Source: an uncultured Gemmatimonadales bacterium (GTDB lineage Bacteria > Gemmatimonadota > Gemmatimonadetes > Longimicrobiales > RSA9). From it: DNA of 64,000 nucleotides. Made by a program: the position numbers and the translations under genes. The stretch is from positions 576,001 through 640,000 of the forward strand of contig CAWCRS010000005.1 of the NCBI GenBank assembly GCA_963798085.1, in the 5' to 3' direction. The notes beneath the pieces are model-generated. The model was given only the letters and a program-made list of their open reading frames with translations, was not told the origin of the DNA and searched no databases. Below, piece after piece: positions 40,131-49,369 of the stretch (the first letter of the stretch is position 1; each line of letters starts with the position of its first letter).

Positions 40131-40516
40131 GCACGCCTCCTGCTGTCTCCGGCCAGCATCTCGCGGAACACATCCACCGCCTCCGCATTGCTCATTCCCA
40201 GCTGCTTTGCCATGGCCACGCTGGGCGCCAGACTGCGGCGCAGCCGCTCGCCGCGCGCCAGGCGAGTGTGCGCCGCGCTCAGGCCGCGCACCACGAGCGG
40301 TCGCCCCGGCCGCCGCTCCACCACACCCTCCCGCTCCAGCAGCGCGTACGCCTTGCTCACCGTCATCGGATTGACGTTCAGCTCGCCCGACAGCGCGCGT
40401 GTCGACGGCAGCGCATCGCCCGCCGCCAGCAGCCCGCTCGCCACATGGAAGCGGATCTGCTCCATGAGCTGGCGATACACGGGCACGCCACTGTGTGTGT
40501 CGACGACAATGAGCAT
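40127..40516 (-). CDS. GntR-family regulator, YtrA subfamily
   Basis: PVYRQL, LPSTRAL, VNPMTVSKAY; short protein preceding an ABC ATPase. Confidence 0.92.
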   Translation of the reverse strand: MLIVVDTHSGVPVYRQLMEQIRFHVASGLLAAGDALPSTRALSGELNVNPMTVSKAYALLEREGVVERRPGRPLVVRGLSAAHTRLARGERLRRSLAPSVAMAKQLGMSNAEAVDVFREMLAGDSRRRA

Positions 40517-40554
40517 GAGTGCGGTGTGTGTGTGTCTGGTGCGTTAGCGCATTG

Positions 40555-40576
40555 GTGTATTAGTTCACCAATACAC
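40555..40576. promoter_or_regulatory. YtrA-type operator
   Basis: Inverted repeat GTGTATT-N8-AATACAC upstream of the GntR gene. Confidence 0.7.
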
Positions 40577-40780
40577 TACACGATGGACCCGGCGGGCCGG
40601 TGGATCAAGGGGTCTGGGGTGAAACGTGAAGCGCGCGACGGCTGGGGGCGCGGCGCGCCTGCGCGCAGCTACTGGCCGGCGCCCAGCTTCTCGTAGAACT
40701 GTCGCTGCTCGAGCAGACGATCCTGGGTGCGGCGCATGGCGCCCAGCTCGTCCTCAATGAGGTCGAGGCGGCGTACGGCT

Positions 40781-41497
40781 TCACGCGATCAGGCGGGAGC
40801 GCGCGCGGCCTGCTGCCTCGACGAAACCGCCCACCAGCGGGTGCAGCTCGCCGCGCAGGGCACGCCGCTCCGGCTGGAACATGGTGGCCATGAAGAAGGG
40901 GTGATCGTCGAGTTCGATGATGCGGGCCTCACCCTGGTCGTCTTCGCCCGTAATGCGCAGCGGTCCGCTATCGAAGAGCGAGCGCAGCTGGGGATTCAGG
41001 CCGAAGCTGCAGTGGTACGCCTCGTCGGCGAGGCGGGTGCTGCGGGCGAGCGCGGCTGCGCGCGAACCCGGCTGCAGGCGAATGCTCCCGTGCACTTCGA
41101 CCATGGAACAGGCGAGTCTGCTGATCAGCAGCAGCGGGCTGGCGGCCTCCAGCTCTTCATGATCGGCCTGTTCCAGGCGCAGGACATTGCGCGCATACTC
41201 GAGCAGCGCGTGCTGGTATCCGCCGCAGGTTCCCAGGAACGGGCGATGCTGCTCGCGTGCGAAGCGGATGGCAGCGAGCGCGCCCCCGGTCGACCGGTAC
41301 GGGCTGTCGGGCACGCACCAGATGCCGTCGAAGCCGGCGATCATTGCTGGCTGCGCGGCGATGGCCTCCGTGCCCGGCCACGCCGCCGTCACCGTCTGAC
41401 CGAGGGCGCGGGCGGCCAGCTCCAGCGAGAGAGGATTGGCACGATGCGCGATGACGCGCTCGTCATGGTCTCCGACGATCAGAATGCGCAGGGACAA
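40781..41497 (-). CDS. Stand-alone CTP-synthase-like class I glutamine amidotransferase domain
   Basis: FDGIWCVP, PFLGTCGGYQH, YHCSFGLNP, HPFFMATMFQPE; AGGAGG before TTG 41497. Confidence 0.85.
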   Translation of the reverse strand: MSLRILIVGDHDERVIAHRANPLSLELAARALGQTVTAAWPGTEAIAAQPAMIAGFDGIWCVPDSPYRSTGGALAAIRFAREQHRPFLGTCGGYQHALLEYARNVLRLEQADHEELEAASPLLLISRLACSMVEVHGSIRLQPGSRAAALARSTRLADEAYHCSFGLNPQLRSLFDSGPLRITGEDDQGEARIIELDDHPFFMATMFQPERRALRGELHPLVGGFVEAAGRARSRLIA

Positions 41498-41685
41498 GCG
41501 TCGCCTCCTGCCTGGCATGAGTCATGGCGTGGCCGTGAAGCAACGAGCGCCCGCGCACGCTCGTGACGCGGCCACGGGTTCTGGCCTGACGCGCGGAGAG
41601 ACTTGACGGTCGGGACCGCCGGCCGCAATCTGCTGGAGGGTCATACCAGCCCGTTGTTCATCGAGCTTCGGCGCACGCGACTACC

Positions 41686-42702
41686 ATGCTGGCCCTTACG
41701 CTGTCGTTGGCGATCGCGGTCATTTATCTGGCACTCATCCGGGTGCTGGACATGAACGAGCGTGAGCCGCTGTGGGCTGTCCTGCTGCTCTTCGGCGCGG
41801 GCGCGGCGGGTGCCGCGCTGGTCCGCCTCTTCATTCCTTCCTTCACGATCGAGCTGACGCTGCTGCACGGCGCCGCCGCAGAAGAGGCGGCGGTCTTTGC
41901 CGCAATCATCCTGGGTCTGTTTCTGGTGCAGCTGGCGGCGCGCTCGCGTGGCTGGTCCGAGCTGAACGATGTGATGGACGGCATCGTGTACGGAGCGGCG
42001 GCCGGGCTGGGTTACGCGACGGGCGGCACCTTTCTGCGCGAGCTGGTGCTGCGCTCGGCGCCGCCCAATGTGTATGCGCGGCCCTGGCTGTCACTGCTGG
42101 GCGCCGCCGCACTCACGGGCCTCGCGCATGGCGTGTTCGGTGCGTTGAGCGGCGTGGGTGTGGCGGCCGCGTTCGAGTACCGCGGGCTGCTCCGGCGACT
42201 GCTGCCGCCCGCCGCCGGTCTGCTGCTGGCGGTGCTGGCTAACACGGGATACCGGTGGCTGTCGTGGAACGGTCAGGGCGGCCTCGCCGTGCTGCGCTCA
42301 TCGCTGGCGCTCGCGCTGCCATTGCTGCTGCTGGTGGCGGTAGGCCTGTACACGCTGCGCAGTGAAAAGCGCGCCATTGTCGAGCAGCTCGCCGGCGAAG
42401 ACGGCCCGGATGGTGCGGCGACCGCTCGCGATCTCGAGCTGCTGGCGGCGCACGGGCAGCGTGCCCGCCTCTACCTGAGCACCATGATGCGGCACGGGCT
42501 GACGCGCAGCGTGCAGCTGCGCGGCCTGCACAACTGCCAGGTGCAGCTGGCGCTCACCAAGCGGCGCGCCGCGGGCGAGACTAATGCAGGCGCGCGCTCC
42601 GCGCTGACGCGCGAGATGGACGCGTTGCGCGGCGCCATCCGCGAGCGTCGCCGGGCCATTGAGGGCGTCACTGCGGCCGCTTCCACCCCGGGCCGCCCAT
42701 GA
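41686..42702 (+). CDS. PrsW-family intramembrane metalloprotease-like protein
   Basis: DMNEREP, AEE, DGIVYGAAAGLG, HGVF; multiple TMs. Confidence 0.8.
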   Translation: MLALTLSLAIAVIYLALIRVLDMNEREPLWAVLLLFGAGAAGAALVRLFIPSFTIELTLLHGAAAEEAAVFAAIILGLFLVQLAARSRGWSELNDVMDGIVYGAAAGLGYATGGTFLRELVLRSAPPNVYARPWLSLLGAAALTGLAHGVFGALSGVGVAAAFEYRGLLRRLLPPAAGLLLAVLANTGYRWLSWNGQGGLAVLRSSLALALPLLLLVAVGLYTLRSEKRAIVEQLAGEDGPDGAATARDLELLAAHGQRARLYLSTMMRHGLTRSVQLRGLHNCQVQLALTKRRAAGETNAGARSALTREMDALRGAIRERRRAIEGVTAAASTPGRP

Positions 42703-43886
42703 AGCGCGCGCACGGGAGTCGCCTGCGAACACCCGTCCTCGTGCTGCTCAGCCTGCCGCTGCTCATGGCCATGCAGATGCGCGGGCGCGGCGATCGCGAT
42801 CACGACGGCATTCCGGATGACGTGGACAAGTGCCCGGACCAGCCCGAGACGGTGAACGGTTTCGCGGACAACGACGGCTGCCCGGATTCCGTGAACGACC
42901 TGTTTCAGCTGGCGCGCGGCAGCGTCGACCAGTTCTGGCGCGAGGAGACGCCCAAACTCGGTGTTATCTATCGGCCGCCCACGGTGGTGCGCGGCTACAC
43001 CCAGGAGATACAGACGCCCTGCGGCGCCGCGGAACTCGACAACGCTTTCTTCTGCGGCAACGATCACGGCCTGTACTTCGACATGAACTTCCTGGGCGAC
43101 GAGTTCAAGCGCGGCGACTACGCGCCTGTGGTCATCGTGGCACACGAGTGGGGCCACCTCACGCAGTCGAATCGCGGCTGGCAGGACAGCATCCCGCTGC
43201 GCTACGAGCTGCAGGCCGACTGCTACGCGGGCGCGTACACGCGCTACGCCGAGCGGCAGCACATGCTCGAGCCGGGCGACATGGAAGAGGCGATCAGCGG
43301 CCTGTTCCGCGCGGGCAGCACTGACGTGCTCTGGCTGGATCCGCAGGCGCACGGCTCACCCGGCAATCGCATCGACGCCTTCAACTGGGGCTACCACAAC
43401 GCCGCGAAGGCGTGCGCGGAAGCGGTCTTCATGCGCAAAGGCGGCGGCATTGTACCCGTGTGGGATGTGAGTACCTACCCGTCCGGCTCGCTGGGCGACC
43501 GCGTGGAGCCACGCGTGGGCAGCTACACGCTGGTCAATGTCACGCGCCGCAAGGACCTCATGGTCAGCGATGTGACCGACGCGGTGCAGTGTGTCTTCCG
43601 CGATGCGGAGGGCGGCGAGATCTGGCAGGAAATCGTGAAGCTGGTGTCCACGGAGCGCAGCGAATTGTGGATAAGCAGCAATGACAGCCGGCTGGAGCAG
43701 AAGGGCTACACGGTGATCGATCAGGGCCGCATGGTGGGCAAGGACAAACAGCCTGTGGGCCGCTGGGTGCAGGTGCAGAAGGCCGACGAGAAGAGCATCT
43801 TCCTGTGGACCAACGGCGTGTGGTACGCCACCGTTGCCGGCGCTCCCGCGCGGGTCAGCGATTTCGTCAAGCACTACCCCTTCTGA
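42699..43886 (+). CDS. Neutral zinc metallopeptidase (YpfJ-like) with an N-terminal TSP type-3-like repeat
   Basis: DRDHDGIPDDVDKCPD...DNDGCPD; NAFFC, AHEWGH, ELQADCYAG, HGS; ATGA overlap. Confidence 0.85.
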   Translation: MKRAHGSRLRTPVLVLLSLPLLMAMQMRGRGDRDHDGIPDDVDKCPDQPETVNGFADNDGCPDSVNDLFQLARGSVDQFWREETPKLGVIYRPPTVVRGYTQEIQTPCGAAELDNAFFCGNDHGLYFDMNFLGDEFKRGDYAPVVIVAHEWGHLTQSNRGWQDSIPLRYELQADCYAGAYTRYAERQHMLEPGDMEEAISGLFRAGSTDVLWLDPQAHGSPGNRIDAFNWGYHNAAKACAEAVFMRKGGGIVPVWDVSTYPSGSLGDRVEPRVGSYTLVNVTRRKDLMVSDVTDAVQCVFRDAEGGEIWQEIVKLVSTERSELWISSNDSRLEQKGYTVIDQGRMVGKDKQPVGRWVQVQKADEKSIFLWTNGVWYATVAGAPARVSDFVKHYPF

Positions 43887-44052
43887 TTCCATTCCCCGAC
43901 TGCGCCCGCTGGCGGCATGGCGTCCGCGCCGGGCGCAGGCTGCATCCCGCGAGTGCATCGCAGTGTCGAAGGTCTGAGGCGACCGGGTCGATCCGCGTGG
44001 CTCGCCCGCTCCCGCGTGCGCGTCAGGGACGGATCCCGCTGGAGGTCAAGTG

Positions 44053-46422
44053 ATGGATGGGCTGCTGCGAGATGTACGCGTGGCGCTGCGCTCGCTGGCG
44101 AGGCAGCGCGCATTCCTGTTGACCGTGGTGCTCACGCTGGCCGTCGGCATCGGCGCTAACAGTGCTGTTTTCAGCATGGTGGATGCGCTGCTGCTGCGCG
44201 CGCTGCCCTGGCCTGACGCCGGGCGGCTGGTGCTGCTCTCGAGCACGGCGGAAATGAAGTCGGGCAACCTCGCCGACTGGCACAGCGCGCTGCCCGCCTT
44301 CGATCGCATGGAAGGCAGCGGCCTGGGCTCGGCTGCGCTCACGGGCGCCGGTCCTGCGCGCGAGGTCGAAGTCAGTCCCGTTTCGGCGGGCTTTCTGTCG
44401 TTGCTGGGCGCGAAGCCGGCCATGGGCCGCCTGCTCGACGGCGCCAATGAACAGCCCGGTGCCGCGCCGGTCGCCGTGGTGAGCGCCCGGCTCTGGCACG
44501 ACGTGCTGGGCGGCGGTCCGTCGCTGACCAATCGGTCGATAGTGCTCGACGGCATTGCGTACGGCGTGGTGGGCGTGCTGCCGGGTGGCTTCGCTCTGCC
44601 CGCAGGTGATGCGGAAGTATGGCTGCCGTTCTCCGGGCCGGACGTTGCCGTGAACCCGCTGGCGCGACTCGCGCCGGGAGCCTCGCTGGAAAGCGCGAAG
44701 CGCGAGGCACAAGCCGCTGCGGCGAGCCGACCGGTCGCGGACTGGGCGCCGCCCGGCACGAAGCCGGCGAGCTACCTCCAGTCGCTGCGCGAGAGCGAAA
44801 CCCGACAGCTGCGCCTGCCTCTGCTCATCGCTCTCGCCGCAGCCGTGCTGGTCATGGCGATGGCGTGCGTCAATGTGGCCACGCTCCTGCTGGCGCGCGG
44901 CAGCGCGCGCACCGGCGAGCTGATGCTGCGCGCCGCGCTGGGCGCCAGACGAGGCGTTCTGTTGCGTCAGCTGCTGGTGGAGAGTCTGGTCACCGGATTG
45001 CCCGCAGGCGCTCTCGGATTGCTCACGGGATGGTGGGGCACGCACGCGCTGCTGCGCTTCGCACCGCCATGGATGGACCAGCTGCGTGCCGTGCGACTCG
45101 ACCCGCTGGTGATTGGCTTCACGCTGGCACTGTCGCTGGTCACCGTGCTGGCGGCCGGTCTGGGTCCGGCTCTGTCCGCGCTGCGCGGAGCGTCCGGCAT
45201 GGCGGCGGGCGCGCAAACGCGCGTGAGTGCGAGTCGTGGTGCGCAGCGTGGCCGCGAATTCCTGATCGGTGGCGAGATCGCGCTGGCGCTGGTCGTGCTG
45301 GTGGCCATGGTCCTGCTGCTGCGCACCTTCCTGACGCTGCAGCCTCGCGCTCCGGGATTCTCCGCCGAAAACCGCCTGGTCGCGGAGGTGCGCGTGCCCG
45401 CAGCCGGTGATGCGACGCGCGCGGCCACGAACTACGCGCAGCGGCTGCTGCAGCGCCTGGCCGTGCAGCCCGGTGTGCGCGTGGCCGCCATTGCCACGAC
45501 CGTGCCCTTCACCGGGCTCACCGGCACGGTGCAGGTGCTGTCGGTGGACGGCCAGCCGCTTGCGCCCGGCGGGTCCGCGCGCTTCCAGTATCGCGCGATA
45601 ACGCAGGGTTACCAGGAAACGCTGGGCATGCGCATCGTGCAGGGGCGCGGCTTCGGGCCGGCGGATGGACCGGGCGGTGCGCCGGTCCTGGTGCTGAACG
45701 AAAGCGCGGCGCGCCGGCTGCTGGGCGGAACCGCCGAGGCGCCGGGTCATCGCATTACGCTCGCCATGGGTCGCAGCCCCCGGGAATTCACGGTGGTAGG
45801 CGTAATCAATGATGCGCGCAGCCTGGGCATGACCGACGCGGTGAGCGCGGAAGTGCTGACCAGTTTCTGGCAGGCGCCGCAGGCGAGGTTCAATCTCGTG
45901 ATGCACACGCGGGACGGCGGTCTGAACGAGGCGCAACTGCGGCGCCTGGCGGCCGAGATCGATCCCGACATTCCGCTGGCCGCGGTGACAACGCTCTCCG
46001 ATATCACCGCCAGGGCGGTCGCGCAGCCGCGCTTCCACCTGGTGCTCATGCTGGGCATCAGCGCCCTGGGCGTGCTGCTCGCGCTGGTGGGCTGCTACAG
46101 CCTGCTGGCATTCACAGTGACCCAGCGGCGGCGCGAATTCGGCGTACGCGCGGCATTGGGCGCAACGAGGCGCGACCTTGCACGACACGTGCTGGGCCGC
46201 GGGTTGCGCTTCATCGGTGCGGGTGTCGCAGTGGGCGTGGCACTGGCCTGGGCTTCGACACGCCTGCTCGTTTCGCTGCTCTTCGGTGTGGCTCCGACCG
46301 ATCCGGCCAGCTTTGCGCTGGCGGCCGCCGCGTTGTGCCTGACCGCCGCCTGCGCGGCGCTGCTGCCGGCGCTGCGCGCCGCCGGTGTGAATCCCGTCGA
46401 AGCGTTGCGCGGCCACAGCTGA
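44053..46422 (+). CDS. ADOP-type duplicated MacB/FtsX permease
   Basis: TLAVGIGANSAVFS, ACVNVATLLLARG, QLLVES, REFGVRAALGA, NPVEALR. Confidence 0.92.
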   Translation: MDGLLRDVRVALRSLARQRAFLLTVVLTLAVGIGANSAVFSMVDALLLRALPWPDAGRLVLLSSTAEMKSGNLADWHSALPAFDRMEGSGLGSAALTGAGPAREVEVSPVSAGFLSLLGAKPAMGRLLDGANEQPGAAPVAVVSARLWHDVLGGGPSLTNRSIVLDGIAYGVVGVLPGGFALPAGDAEVWLPFSGPDVAVNPLARLAPGASLESAKREAQAAAASRPVADWAPPGTKPASYLQSLRESETRQLRLPLLIALAAAVLVMAMACVNVATLLLARGSARTGELMLRAALGARRGVLLRQLLVESLVTGLPAGALGLLTGWWGTHALLRFAPPWMDQLRAVRLDPLVIGFTLALSLVTVLAAGLGPALSALRGASGMAAGAQTRVSASRGAQRGREFLIGGEIALALVVLVAMVLLLRTFLTLQPRAPGFSAENRLVAEVRVPAAGDATRAATNYAQRLLQRLAVQPGVRVAAIATTVPFTGLTGTVQVLSVDGQPLAPGGSARFQYRAITQGYQETLGMRIVQGRGFGPADGPGGAPVLVLNESAARRLLGGTAEAPGHRITLAMGRSPREFTVVGVINDARSLGMTDAVSAEVLTSFWQAPQARFNLVMHTRDGGLNEAQLRRLAAEIDPDIPLAAVTTLSDITARAVAQPRFHLVLMLGISALGVLLALVGCYSLLAFTVTQRRREFGVRAALGATRRDLARHVLGRGLRFIGAGVAVGVALAWASTRLLVSLLFGVAPTDPASFALAAAALCLTAACAALLPALRAAGVNPVEALRGHS

Positions 46423-46588
46423 ACCAGCCACGTGGGGGAACAGCGCGGTGGAGCGCGCGGCGTGCGGGCGCAAGCCGCATGCGACCCGGCTCCGCCATGG
46501 CCCGATCGTCTGGTGTAGCGGACGGACCGCCTCGTGTGTCCCAAAGACTGCGGGTGACATTCATCATCGAACATCGGCAGGAACTGCC

Positions 46589-48946
46589 ATGGATGCCTTG
46601 CGGCGTGACCTTCGCTTCGCCATCCGCGGACTGCTGCGCGAGCGCACCTTCGCGCTGACCGCACTGCTCACGCTGATGCTCGGCATTGGCGCCAACACGG
46701 CGATCTTCACACTGGTGAACGCGCTGCTGCTGCGTTCCCTGCCCTACCCGGACGGTGATCGCCTGGTGCACATCGCGAGCACCGTCATCCGCCCCGACAA
46801 TCTCGCCGAGTGGCGCGCAGGGCTGTCGTCGCTGGACCGCACCGCGGCGTACGGGCTGGGCAGCGCGGTTCGCACGGGGGCCGGTCCAGCCACACAGTCG
46901 ACCGTGATGCTGGCGTCACCCGAGCTGCTGTCGCTGCTGGGCGCGCGTGCCGCGCAGGGGCGTCTCTGGAGCGAGCAGGACTTCGCAGCCAACGCGTCGC
47001 CCGTGGCACTGGTCAGCGCACGCATGTGGAACACGCTGGCACCCGCCGGCCGCAGTGCGGCGCGCTCGGTGGTGCTGAATGGCGTGAACTACGCGGTCGT
47101 GGGCGCACTGCCTTCCAGCGCCTTCCTGTATTTCCGCGACATCGATTTCTGGGTGCCGGCGACGCAGTTTCCGACGCGCTCGCTCACGCTGATCGGACGG
47201 GTCGCCGCCGGGTCCACACTGGAGCAGGTGCGCACGCAGGCGACAGCGGTGGGCGAGCGCTTCCAGGCCGAGGGCAGTCTGCGCGATGTGCGGCGCATCG
47301 TGAACCCGCAGTGGCTGCGAAATGTGCTGGTGGGCGACCTGCGCTCGCCGCTGCTGGTGCTGCTGGGCGCGTCCGTGCTGGTGCTGCTCATCGCGTGTGC
47401 GAACGTGGCAAACCTGCTGTTATCGCGTACCGGAACCCGCCTGCGCGAGCTATCCGTGCGCGCGGCACTGGGCGCAGGGCGAGGCATGCTGCTGCGGCAG
47501 CTGCTGACGGAGAGCGCCCTGCTGGCCGTGGCCGGCGCCACCGGGGGACTGCTGCTGGCGTGGTGGGCCGTGCACGCCACGACGGCCCTTGCCGCCGGCA
47601 CGATCCGCGGCCTGGAAGACGTCCACCTCGACCCCGCCGTGCTGGGCTTCACGCTGCTGGTCGCGTCACTCACCACCGTGCTGGGTGGACTGGCGCCGGC
47701 GCTGGCAGGCTCGCGTCCGGCGCACGCAACGGGCGCCGCGCTGCGCGTGACGGCCACGCGTGCCTCCCGCCGCTGGCGCGAACTGCTCGTCAGCGGCGAG
47801 GTGGCGCTGGCGCTGGTGCTGCTGATCGCCACCGTGCTGCTGGCGCGCACCTTCCTGATCCTGCGTCCCGCGAATCCGGGCTTCGACACGCGCGACCGCC
47901 TCATCGCCACGCTGGCGCTGCCCACCACCTCGGCGCAGGTCACTAACACGGAGTTCTGGCAGGGGCTGCTGCAGCGCATCCAGGCCGCGCCCGGCCGTCC
48001 GCGTGCGGCACTGGTCACGGATCTGCCGCTGAGCGGGTCATCGATGTTCGTGCGCGTGACCGGCATTGATGGCCGGGCGCCCGACGCTCCTCCGGAACGG
48101 CCGCTCAGTATCCATTTCCGCTCCGCGTCGCCGGATTACTTCGACGTGATGGACATGCGACTGCTGCGGGGCCGCAATCTGCGCGAGGCGGAGGGGCCGA
48201 ACGGCCCGCTGTCACTGGTCATCAATGAAAACGCCGCGCACAGGCTGTGGCCGGACGGCGCCGACCCGCTGGGCCATCACGTGAGCATCGACATCGATGG
48301 CACGGCGCGCGACTTCACGGTGGTGGGCATCAGTGCCGACGTACGCTTCATGGGCGGTATCACCGATGCGCGCGCCGAGGTCTTTGCTTCGTTCTGGCAG
48401 CTGCCATGGGCCCGCACGCAGCTGGTGGTGCACGATGCAACCCGCACCCTGACAGCCGACGGGCTGCGTCAGATCGTCGCTTCGGTGGATCCGGACCTGC
48501 CCCTGCGCAATCTCTCCACCATGACGGAACTGGCGAGCCAGTCCGTCGCTTTCCCGCGCTTCCAGATGACGCTCATGTCCATCTACGGCGTGCTCGCGCT
48601 CGTGCTGGCGCTGGTGGGCTGCTACGGCGTGCTCGCGTACCAGGTGACGCAGCGCACACGCGAGTTCGGCGTCCGCGCCGCGCTGGGCGCGAGCCGCTTC
48701 GCCATCCTCTCGCAGGTCGTGCGCCGTGCGCTGCTGCTCCTCGGCGTCGGCCTCGCCGGCGGGCTGCTGCTGGCGCGCGCCGGCAGCAGCCTGATCGCTT
48801 CCCTCCTCTACGGCGTGACGCCGTCCGATCCACTCACCTTCGTGCTCGCCACCGCCGCACTCGCACTGGCGATCCTGGGCGCCGCGCTGCTCCCCGCCTG
48901 GCGCGCGGCATCCATCACACCGCTCGAGGCGCTGCGCGCGGAGTAG
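46589..48946 (+). CDS. ADOP-type duplicated MacB/FtsX permease
   Basis: LGIGANTAIF, IACANVANLLL, QLLTES, REFGVRAALGA; start re-called at ATG 46589. Confidence 0.92.
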   Translation: MDALRRDLRFAIRGLLRERTFALTALLTLMLGIGANTAIFTLVNALLLRSLPYPDGDRLVHIASTVIRPDNLAEWRAGLSSLDRTAAYGLGSAVRTGAGPATQSTVMLASPELLSLLGARAAQGRLWSEQDFAANASPVALVSARMWNTLAPAGRSAARSVVLNGVNYAVVGALPSSAFLYFRDIDFWVPATQFPTRSLTLIGRVAAGSTLEQVRTQATAVGERFQAEGSLRDVRRIVNPQWLRNVLVGDLRSPLLVLLGASVLVLLIACANVANLLLSRTGTRLRELSVRAALGAGRGMLLRQLLTESALLAVAGATGGLLLAWWAVHATTALAAGTIRGLEDVHLDPAVLGFTLLVASLTTVLGGLAPALAGSRPAHATGAALRVTATRASRRWRELLVSGEVALALVLLIATVLLARTFLILRPANPGFDTRDRLIATLALPTTSAQVTNTEFWQGLLQRIQAAPGRPRAALVTDLPLSGSSMFVRVTGIDGRAPDAPPERPLSIHFRSASPDYFDVMDMRLLRGRNLREAEGPNGPLSLVINENAAHRLWPDGADPLGHHVSIDIDGTARDFTVVGISADVRFMGGITDARAEVFASFWQLPWARTQLVVHDATRTLTADGLRQIVASVDPDLPLRNLSTMTELASQSVAFPRFQMTLMSIYGVLALVLALVGCYGVLAYQVTQRTREFGVRAALGASRFAILSQVVRRALLLLGVGLAGGLLLARAGSSLIASLLYGVTPSDPLTFVLATAALALAILGAALLPAWRAASITPLEALRAE

Positions 48947-48953
48947 CACGTGC

Positions 48954-49009
48954 TTGACGGGGTGCCGGCGCTGCGCTAGTAATGCATCTATACGATTTCG
49001 TATAAATGC
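48954..49009 (+). promoter_or_regulatory. Sigma70-like promoter and PadR operator
   Basis: TTGACG-17-TAGTAA, then inverted repeat GCATCTATACGA-TT-TCGTATAAATGC (48984-49009, one mismatch). Confidence 0.7.
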
Positions 49010-49018
49010 GAGGAAGCG

Positions 49019-49369
49019 GTGGCGCGGCGAGACGAGGCGCTGAAAGCGGCCTGGTTCCAGATCCTGCTGTCGGTGGCGGACGCGAGTCTGCACGGCACAG
49101 CGATCATGGAAGAGGTGCTGGAGCGGACGGATGGTGCGCTGCGGCTGTGGCCGGGCGCGCTGTACGGGTCGCTGGCGGAGCTGGCGCAGCGCGGCTGGAT
49201 CCGTGAGGTGCATGCGCCGGCGGATGCGCCGACGGAAGGTGGCAAGCGGCGCTTCTGGGCGATCACGGCTGCGGGCAGGCGCGTGCTGGAGCAGGAAGTC
49301 GAGCGCATGGAGGCGTACGTACGCGCGGCGCGCAGCAAGCGTGTGCTGCGGGGCACGTCGCCGGCGTGA
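49019..49369 (+). CDS. PadR-family regulator
   Basis: FQILLSV, HGTAIM, GALYGSL, KRRFWAIT; GTGA overlap with the permease. Confidence 0.9.
   Translation: MARRDEALKAAWFQILLSVADASLHGTAIMEEVLERTDGALRLWPGALYGSLAELAQRGWIREVHAPADAPTEGGKRRFWAITAAGRRVLEQEVERMEAYVRAARSKRVLRGTSPA

Noticed and set aside
40524..40535. GT dinucleotide tract upstream of GntR as a phase-variation site
   Set aside because: Only about six units, too short to support
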